DNA of 15,492 bases, taken from assembly GCA_035285565.1 (NCBI GenBank), contig JAYKGX010000423.1, forward strand, positions 1-15,492, written 5' to 3'. The stretch's first letter is position 1. Every line of letters begins with the position of its first letter. The notes under the pieces were generated by a model. That model made no database searches. It had not been told where the DNA came from and saw nothing but the letters and a program-made list of their open reading frames with translations. Shown piece by piece: positions 1-5,509 of this stretch. A program made the position numbers and the translations under genes. The stretch comes from Synechococcales cyanobacterium. Its GTDB lineage: Bacteria; Cyanobacteriota; Cyanobacteriia; Leptolyngbyales; Leptolyngbyaceae.

Positions 1-59
1 TCTGTTTGGTATAGCGTTTCATTGGGTTTTCCTCAAACAAGAATTACGTGGACGAGGAG

Positions 60-110
60 AACCCAAAAAACTAGCCGCCCCGTTTTCTGACATAGCAAAA
101 CAGGGCGGCG
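60..110 (-). terminator. Rho-independent terminator-like element read on the minus strand
   Basis: Imperfect GC-rich hairpin GCCGCCC(C)GTTTT...AAAAC(A)GGGCGGC (74-109, loop ctgacatag). On the minus strand it is followed directly by CTAGTTTTTTGGGT (reverse complement of 60-73). On the plus strand no U-run follows this hairpin. Confidence 0.45.
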
Positions 111-167
111 TGGAATGCTAAAATGCAGTCCAGGTCACCATGCTGGGTTAGACAGCTTGGGGGCTTA

Positions 168-219
168 GCGATCGTTTTGAGTTCGTACCTCAAGGCGATC
201 GCGCTAGGTTTTTGGGTTT
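168..219 (+). terminator. Possible plus-strand terminator: HIP1-derived 7-bp stem plus U-run
   Basis: GCGATCG (168-174) pairs with CGATCGC (196-202) across a 21-nt loop. Two nucleotides later comes TAGGTTTTTGGGTTT (205-219). This U-run is the inverted repeat of 60-73, so the two terminator-like elements face each other. Confidence 0.3.
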
Positions 220-262
220 AAGCAGTAGAAAATGGGATCATCCTCTACGACTCAATCATAGA

Positions 263-292
263 ACTCTAACGGCGATCGTAGGTTCCTGTCAA
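263..292 (-). promoter_or_regulatory. Sigma70-like promoter on the minus strand (-35 TTGACA, 18-nt spacer, -10 TAGAGT)
   Basis: Plus-strand tgtcaa at 287-292 is TTGACA on the minus strand. An 18-nt spacer follows. Plus-strand actcta at 263-268 is TAGAGT on the minus strand. The predicted TSS near 256 would give a roughly 195-nt transcript ending at the 60-110 terminator. Confidence 0.3.
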
Positions 293-352
293 CCTTAACG
301 AGGTGGGAAATGTAGGAGAGGAATCTCAAAGTAGGTTGAGATCGACTGAGCT

Positions 353-439
353 TCGGTTTCCAAAAACTACGCCTCGGTTTCCAAGAACTACAAAAACTAC
401 AAAAACTACTTGACAGTTCCGAAAAATGCAATGTAGTAT
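353..439 (+). promoter_or_regulatory. Plus-strand promoter (-35 TTGACA 410-415, 18 nt, -10 TAGTAT 434-439) preceded by direct repeats
   Basis: Two 18-bp direct repeats, TCGGTTTCCAAAAACTAC (353-370) and TCGGTTTCCAAGAACTAC (374-391). These are followed by AAAAACTAC at 392-400 and again at 401-409, then the canonical -35 hexamer TTGACA. The -10 region is duplicated as ATGTAGTATATGTAGTATAA. Confidence 0.35.
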
Positions 440-520
440 ATGTAGTATAAAGAAAGCAACCGGAGCAAAACCATGCTAACCAGCATACTCCCAGGCTTCC
501 CGAAAGCACCGAAGTCTAAA

Positions 521-654
521 GAGTCTCTGACCTGGTTGACTGACTAATCTCTTCGTTCATTGCGTTGATCCGCGCCGGAATGGAATTCGGCGCGAACAGA
601 CAACGAAGCGAAGGGACTTCCAAGACTTTTGTCAGTCAATCAGGTCTCTGACTG
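521..654. repeat. Long nested imperfect palindrome (cruciform, structured RNA or MITE-like element)
   Basis: Outer helix 523-544 pairs with 631-652: 16 contiguous bp with one G-U, plus 3 more bp beyond a 3x3 internal loop. An inner helix cttcgtt (551-557) pairs with aacgaag (602-608). An apical 7-bp helix CGCGCCG (571-577) pairs with CGGCGCG (588-594) around a 10-nt loop gaatggaatt. All pairings were checked by hand. Confidence 0.6.
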
Positions 655-851
655 TAAAACCCACGACTTCCGCACTTGAGTTATCCAGCTCAGCTTCCGA
701 AGCCTTTCGATCGCAGCGGCTCAACCAGTCCAAACCGCGATCGCACACTATCGAAGTCCGAGAACGCATGTTACAGATCCATCTTCTAGAGTGGCGTTAT
801 CCCTGGTAATTCGCCCGATCAGATCTTAAGTCACCGCATCTTTTCTGAACC

Positions 852-880
852 TTGACAACTGAATCATCAACACCTAAAAC
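852..880 (+). promoter_or_regulatory. Weak candidate promoter about 80 nt upstream of the tRNA cluster
   Basis: TTGACA at 852-857, a 17-nt spacer, then TAAAAC at 875-880, which is a poor -10. An alternative -10, TAAGAT at 908-913, has no good -35. Confidence 0.2.
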
Positions 881-957
881 AACACTAAACAGATACTTTT
901 GGATGAGTAAGATTTTAAATCTAAGAGCCATCTAAAATCCAAAATCCAAAATTTCCT

Positions 958-1033
958 GAGGATGTAGCTCAGCCCGGTCTAGAGCGCCTGTCTGTCGAAC
1001 AGGAGGTCGTGGGTTCAAATCCCATCATCCTCG
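958..1033 (+). tRNA. tRNA-Asp (anticodon GUC), canonical cloverleaf, no encoded CCA
   Basis: Hand fold. Acceptor GAGGATG pairs with CATCCTC (7 bp). D-stem GCTC/GAGC with loop agcccGGtcta. Anticodon stem CCTGT/ACAGG with loop CTGTCGA (anticodon GTC at 994-996). Variable region AGGTC. T-stem GTGGG/CCCAT with loop TTCAAAT. Discriminator G1033. Confidence 0.85.
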
Positions 1034-1047
1034 CCTGATCCAATTTT

Positions 1048-1120
1048 AGCCCTGTGGTGTAACTGGAAACATCCTTCACTTTGAATGAAGAGAGTCTAGG
1101 TTCGAGACCTGGCAGGGCTG
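1048..1120 (+). tRNA. tRNA-Gln-like (anticodon UUG) with A1-U72 and a weak D-stem
   Basis: Acceptor AGCCCTG pairs with CAGGGCT (7 bp). D-stem GTGT/ACAT includes a G-U. Anticodon stem CTTCA/TGAAG with loop CTTTGAA (TTG at 1081-1083, A37). Variable region AGAGT. T-stem CTAGG/CCTGG with one G-U and loop TTCGAGA. Discriminator G1120. Confidence 0.65.
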
Positions 1121-1163
1121 TCGGGGGGGAGGGATGAGATCTACCTAACCTCCTGTCGAATCT

Positions 1164-1237
1164 GCTCCTGTGGCGAAACGGAAAACGCACCTAGCTTAAA
1201 CCTAGTTTAATTGTGAGTTCGACTCTCACCAGGAGTA
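1164..1237 (+). tRNA. Non-canonical tRNA with Leu anticodon UAA but a short (class-I) variable region
   Basis: Acceptor GCTCCTG pairs with CAGGAGT (G1-U72 wobble). D-stem GCG(A)/(A)CGC with loop aacGGaaa. Anticodon stem (C)CTAG/CTAG(T) with loop CTTAAAC (TAA at 1197-1199, A37). Variable region of 6 nt, TTAATT. T-stem GTGAG/CTCAC with loop TTCGACT. Discriminator A1237. Confidence 0.55.
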
Positions 1238-1281
1238 TGGAAAATGTGAGTACAGTTCACGCGCGATCGCATTTTCCGCAA

Positions 1282-1356
1282 GCTCTCGTAGTCCAATTGG
1301 CAGAGGCACTGGTCTTAGAAACCAGGGGTTGTGGGTTCCGACTCCCACCGAGAGTA
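1282..1356 (+). tRNA. Non-canonical tRNA with Leu anticodon UAG, short variable region and an 8-nt T-loop
   Basis: Acceptor GCTCTCG pairs with CGAGAGT (G1-U72 wobble). D-stem GTC(C)/(A)GGC with loop aattGGcag. Perfect anticodon stem CTGGT/ACCAG with loop CTTAGAA (TAG at 1316-1318). Variable region GGGTT. T-stem GTGGG/CCCAC pairs only if the T-loop is 8 nt (TTCCGACT). Discriminator A1356. Confidence 0.55.
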
Positions 1357-1378
1357 CTTCGACTCCTGTCGGAGGTAT

Positions 1379-1456
1379 GGCGGAGATAGAGCTACGGTGC
1401 GCTCGGCAGTCTCATAAGCTGTCACCTACCAGGTTCAACTCCTGGCTCCGCAACCA
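1379..1456 (+). tRNA. tRNA with CAU anticodon (Met or Ile-lysidine type) with genomically encoded 3' CCA
   Basis: Acceptor GGCGGAG pairs with CTCCGCA (6 bp plus a G1/A72 mismatch). Three nucleotides (ATA) lie between the acceptor and the D-stem. D-stem GAGC/GCTC with loop tacGGtgc. Anticodon stem GCAGT/GCTGT has two G-U pairs, with loop CTCATAA (CAT at 1413-1415). Variable region of 6 nt. T-stem CCAGG/CCTGG with loop TTCAACT. Discriminator A1453 followed by CCA at 1454-1456. Confidence 0.55.
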
Positions 1457-1536
1457 ATTTGGGTGAGTTCTGAAGCATATCTTCTAAAGAAGATCGATTA
1501 GTATGATGAATAAGCTATGGTAGAGGACGATCGCCC

Positions 1537-2370
1537 ATGACCGATGTCTATGCTGCTGACTCCTACCCCACCCCCAACCGCGAATGGTGGGCACAACGTT
1601 GGATTGATGTACTAGAATCCTTTGGCTTTCGGCAACGCTTGGCCAGAGCCAGAACCTATGCGCGCGAGGGCAATGTGCTCAGTCTCAGCTTTGAGGGTGC
1701 TAAAGTACAAGCCAAAGTCCAAGGAACTGCCCCAGAACCCTACGAAGTGAACCTGCGCTTAGAACCCTTCAGCGATGAACAGTGGGGCTATATTGTGGAA
1801 TCCATGGCAGAGCGGGCGATTTTTTCTGCGAAGTTGCTTGCTGGGGAAATGCCTAACAATATTGAAGAAGTGTTTACTGCCAATGGGCTGAGCCTGTTTC
1901 CCTTCACCAAATTTGACATTCACAGCCACTGCAATTGCCCTGATCCGGTCAACCCCTGCAAACATATCGGTGCTGTCTATTATTTATTGGGCGATCGCTT
2001 TAGTGAAGATCCCTTTGTCCTGTTTCAACTGCGGGGTCGGGGCAAAACACAAATCATTGAAGCCCTGCGGCAGATGCGCCAAGTCGATGACAGTCCGCTG
2101 CCCACTTCTCCCACGCCCACTGTAACTGCCCCCATCCTAGATCTGACTCGCTTTTGGCAATACCGCGATTCCCTCGATTCTTCCCTGATGGTCATCACCC
2201 CCGCCAGTGGAGAAACGGTGCTGGATATCCTGGGCAACCTTCCCCTGCCAGAGCCTCTTGCTGCCGCCAACCCTATTCTGATGGAACAACTGCGATCGCT
2301 CTACAGCACCCTCAGCCAGCAAGCCGTCCTCCAAGCCATGGCCACCGCCTCCGACTCCGAAAATCCCTAA
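1537..2370 (+). CDS. SWIM zinc-finger domain protein
   Basis: 277-aa ORF with an ATG start. It carries a CxC-x(n)-C-x-H SWIM signature (HCNCPDPVNPCKH). The N-terminal region resembles bacterial SWIM-family proteins. The gene lies 80 nt downstream of the last tRNA. Confidence 0.75.
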   Translation: MTDVYAADSYPTPNREWWAQRWIDVLESFGFRQRLARARTYAREGNVLSLSFEGAKVQAKVQGTAPEPYEVNLRLEPFSDEQWGYIVESMAERAIFSAKLLAGEMPNNIEEVFTANGLSLFPFTKFDIHSHCNCPDPVNPCKHIGAVYYLLGDRFSEDPFVLFQLRGRGKTQIIEALRQMRQVDDSPLPTSPTPTVTAPILDLTRFWQYRDSLDSSLMVITPASGETVLDILGNLPLPEPLAAANPILMEQLRSLYSTLSQQAVLQAMATASDSENP

Positions 2371-2422
2371 CTCCACTGCAGAGACGTTCCACCGAAACAG
2401 CTCTACCCCTCCCTCTCCATCC

Positions 2423-2451
2423 AAGTATGAGTGAGAAATAATACCTATAAT
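2423..2451 (+). promoter_or_regulatory. Candidate tpiA promoter with a consensus -10 TATAAT
   Basis: TATAAT at 2446-2451, about 70 nt upstream of the tpiA start. The -35 is poor (AAGTAT at 2423-2428 with a 17-nt spacer). Confidence 0.3.
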
Positions 2452-2522
2452 GCGCAGATGATCCCCTCACAGCGTAGACTGATAAAGATCAATCTAGAAG
2501 TGTTCTGACGAACAAAGTAGTC

Positions 2523-3254
2523 GTGCGAAAGATTATTCTTGCTGGCAACTGGAAAATGTTTAAGACCCAGGCCGAAACGATGGATTTCGTGCAGGGGTTT
2601 AAGCTGTTGGTGGACGAAGCTCCCGGCGATCGGGACATCATCCTCTGCGTCCCCTTTACTGACCTCGCAATCCTCTCAAAAACCCTCCATGGCAGCCGGA
2701 TTCAAGTCGGTGCGCAAAACGTTCACTGGGCAGAATCGGGGGCTTTCACGGGGGAAATTTCTGCTGCAATGTTGCTGGAAATTGGGGTGCGCTATGTAGT
2801 GATTGGTCATAGCGAGCGTCGCCAATTCTTTGGGGAAACAGATGAAACGGTCAACCTCCGCCTCCGAGCCGCCCAAGCCGCCGGACTCACCCCCATTCTT
2901 TGCGTTGGGGAAACGAAGCAGCAGCGGGATGCCGGAGAAACGGAAGCCGTCATTTTTAACCAGTTGAAGCTGGATTTGGTCGGCGTGGACCAGTCAAATT
3001 TGGTGATTGCTTATGAACCCATTTGGGCGATCGGCACGGGAGATACCTGTGCATCGGAAGAGGCAAACCGGGTGATTGGGCTGATCCGGAGCAAGCTGAA
3101 TACGCCGGATGTGACCATTCAGTATGGTGGATCGGTCAAGTCGGAGAATATTGATGAAATCATGGCTCAGCCGGAAATTGATGGAGCCTTAGTCGGTGGC
3201 GCGAGTTTAGATCCCCTTAGCTTTGCGCGCATCGTCAACTACCAGCCCCTGTAG
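2523..3254 (+). CDS. tpiA: Triosephosphate isomerase
   Basis: 243 aa with a GTG start. Hallmark motifs are [24 protein letters not shown] and the C-terminal GGASL. The translation is collinear with TIM over its full length. Confidence 0.93.
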   Translation: MRKIILAGNWKMFKTQAETMDFVQGFKLLVDEAPGDRDIILCVPFTDLAILSKTLHGSRIQVGAQNVHWAESGAFTGEISAAMLLEIGVRYVVIGHSERRQFFGETDETVNLRLRAAQAAGLTPILCVGETKQQRDAGETEAVIFNQLKLDLVGVDQSNLVIAYEPIWAIGTGDTCASEEANRVIGLIRSKLNTPDVTIQYGGSVKSENIDEIMAQPEIDGALVGGASLDPLSFARIVNYQPL

Positions 3255-3284
3255 CAGATTCTATTGGGGCACTAGGAACCGATA

Positions 3285-3782
3285 CTAGGAACCGATGACA
3301 TATTTCCGCCATTCTTGATTTGCACCGTTTTTAACGTATTTCGCCACCTCAAAGTAGAGACTGCTATGCGGCTTATGGGGTTGCTTGCGCAGGGGCATAG
3401 CAGCTTCTTTTGGGGTGCGATTTCCTTTCTTGACATTACAGCGGACGCAGGCGATGACGATATTTTCCCAACTGTCTTGCCCCCCACGCGATCGCGGCAC
3501 CACGTGATCCAAGGTCAGTTCATCTCCGGTGTAACCACAATATTGACAACTATGCCCATCTCGGTTGAGCAAATTCTTGCGCGTTAGGGCTATTTCTGCA
3601 TAGGGAACCCGCACATATTGGCGCAACCGAATGACAGAAGGCAAGGGGAAATCGGAATAAATAAACTTCCCATTATGCTCTAACTGTTCAGCTTTGCCTT
3701 TTAACAGAAGTACAACCGCCCTGCGCCAACTGGTGATATTCAGCGGTTCGTAGGAGGCATTGAGCACCAGAACCTTACTCAT
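3285..3782 (-). CDS. HNH endonuclease, small conserved cyanobacterial type
   Basis: HNH motif DHVVPRSRGG...W.N...AC..CN..KG. The start was chosen at the internal ATG MSKVLVLNASYEP (3782), giving 166 aa. The longest ORF reaches 3878 but begins with TTG and a non-conserved-looking leader. The gene is divergent from alr. Confidence 0.75.
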   Translation of the reverse strand: MSKVLVLNASYEPLNITSWRRAVVLLLKGKAEQLEHNGKFIYSDFPLPSVIRLRQYVRVPYAEIALTRKNLLNRDGHSCQYCGYTGDELTLDHVVPRSRGGQDSWENIVIACVRCNVKKGNRTPKEAAMPLRKQPHKPHSSLYFEVAKYVKNGANQEWRKYVIGS

Positions 3783-3995
3783 TCCGTTCAAGAAGAGGTA
3801 ACGCATTATTTCACACTTTAACACAAATTCAAACTTTCCTACGGAGTTTTGCCTTTTTCGTACTCCGGGAGACATCAATTCCCCAGAAGTTCGCTAAATT
3901 ATTGGGACGTGATTCCGGATGGGCAGACTAAATCTGCGATCGCGGATCACAGATCGTGGTGTGTGAATTCTGGTGTGTTTGACAGGAGTGGGGAT

Positions 3996-5279
3996 ATGTT
4001 GAGTTGGGATAGCAGTTCCAGCATTGCTCGGATGCAGCGGGAGCGGGCTTGGGTAGAGGTAGATGAAGGGGCGATCGCCCATAATGTCCAACAAATTCGC
4101 CGCATTCTACAGCCGAAAACTGACTTGATGACCGTGGTCAAAGCTGATGCTTATGGTCATGGTTCTGTGAACGTAGCGCGGACGGCTCTGCAAGCGGGGG
4201 CAACTTGGTTGGGGGTGGCAACCATCCCGGAAGGCATTGAACTTCGAGAAGCGGGGATTGAAGCGCCGATTCTCATCCTGGGGGCAACCCATCTGCCGGA
4301 ACAGATTCGCACCCTCCTGCGCTGGCGGCTGCAACCGACGCTCTGTACGCCCAAGCAGACCATGGTGTTTGCTGAAACGATGGCAGAATGCAAATCCGAT
4401 GCCGACTGGGCGGTGGGAGATTGGGCCGTGGGAGACCGAGCGGGTGGAGAGTGGGAGCGCGATCGCCCCATTTTACCAGTGCATTTGAAGCTGGATACGG
4501 GCATGACCCGGTTGGGAACTTCTTGGGAACAGGGTGAAGACTTTATCAAATTGGTGCAACGGCTGCCCAATTTGGCACTGGCGAGCATCTATTCTCACTT
4601 TGCTACAGCGGATGAATTGGATCAAACGACCCTGCGATCGCAACAGCAACGTTTTGAGTCTGTTTTGCGATCGGTGGGTTTGTTGACTCCGCAAGCTCGC
4701 CAGACCCGTGGACCTAAATTGCATTTTGCCAATTCTGCTGCCACCTTAACCGATCGCAATCTGCACTATGACCTGGTGCGGACGGGGTTAATCACCTATG
4801 GAATTTATCCGGCTGAACATTTACGTCATTGCCTATCCCTTCAGCCCGCTATGCAGGTGAAAGCCCGCGTTACGCAAGTGAAAACCATTGCGGCTGGAAC
4901 TGGGGTCAGCTACGGTCATCGCTTTGTGAGCGATCGTGAGATGCAAGTAGCCGTAATTGGAATTGGTTATGCGGACGGTGTGCCAAGAAACTTATCTAAT
5001 CAAATGGAAGTTCTCATCCGTGGGCAACGGGTGCGACAAATTGGTGCGATTACGATGGATCAAATTATGTTGGATGTGAGTGCGATCGATCATTTACAAG
5101 AAGGAGAAGTAGTAACAGTCCTTGGTAAAAGTGGCGATCAGCAAATTACAGCCGATGATTGGGCACAACAACTGGGCACCATTTCTTGGGAAATTCTCTG
5201 CGGGTTCAAACATCGCTTACCTCGGGTGATGGTACGGCGATCGCTTGTTAAAGAACCGATCAGTTCCCAAATGCAATAG
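3996..5279 (+). CDS. alr: Alanine racemase
   Basis: PLP-lysine motif VVKADAYGHG, plus GIGYADG and the MDQ catalytic-Tyr region. The start was chosen at ATG 3996, which has AGGAG 7 nt upstream. The ORF-track start at 3849 is a TTG. The protein contains a roughly 35-aa insertion with the tandem DWAVGDWAVGD. Confidence 0.85.
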   Translation: MLSWDSSSSIARMQRERAWVEVDEGAIAHNVQQIRRILQPKTDLMTVVKADAYGHGSVNVARTALQAGATWLGVATIPEGIELREAGIEAPILILGATHLPEQIRTLLRWRLQPTLCTPKQTMVFAETMAECKSDADWAVGDWAVGDRAGGEWERDRPILPVHLKLDTGMTRLGTSWEQGEDFIKLVQRLPNLALASIYSHFATADELDQTTLRSQQQRFESVLRSVGLLTPQARQTRGPKLHFANSAATLTDRNLHYDLVRTGLITYGIYPAEHLRHCLSLQPAMQVKARVTQVKTIAAGTGVSYGHRFVSDREMQVAVIGIGYADGVPRNLSNQMEVLIRGQRVRQIGAITMDQIMLDVSAIDHLQEGEVVTVLGKSGDQQITADDWAQQLGTISWEILCGFKHRLPRVMVRRSLVKEPISSQMQ

Positions 5280-5509
5280 GTATCAAATGCAATAGGCATC
5301 ATGCCTGGGTATTTGAAGGGCGAATACAGAGAAGGGGGATAGGGAGATAGTCAATCCCTAATTCCCACCTTCCCAGGATTTACAGCCGTTTTTAGATCAA
5401 TAAGCCACGTCCCCCCTCCCCCCCTCTCCTCATTCAAAATGTGTTGCACCCAACTAAAAATTGCTGTAAGTTAACCGACGACTGAAACCAGAGAGACAGA
5501 AACTAGAGA

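Noticed and set aside
252-509. 85-aa ORF on the minus strand (MLSGSLGVCWLAWFCSGCFLY...)
   Set aside because: Low-complexity, Cys/Ser/Phe-rich translation overlapping the promoter and direct-repeat region. It has no start context and is more likely non-coding.
1164-1237. Checked whether the UAA-anticodon tRNA is the usual cyanobacterial trnL-UAA interrupted by a group I intron
   Set aside because: The anticodon stem-loop is contiguous, with no insertion between positions 34 and 37. The gene also lacks a long variable arm, so it is not the canonical intron-containing trnL.
2025-2441. Several 80-95-aa ORFs on both strands overlapping the 3' half of the SWIM gene
   Set aside because: They are Pro/Arg/Gly-rich translations typical of off-frame reads through GC-rich coding sequence. 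The SWIM frame is the only one with a recognisable domain.
3315-3587. 90-aa plus-strand ORF overlapping the HNH endonuclease gene
   Set aside because: It is antisense to the HNH CDS, which carries a full HNH motif.
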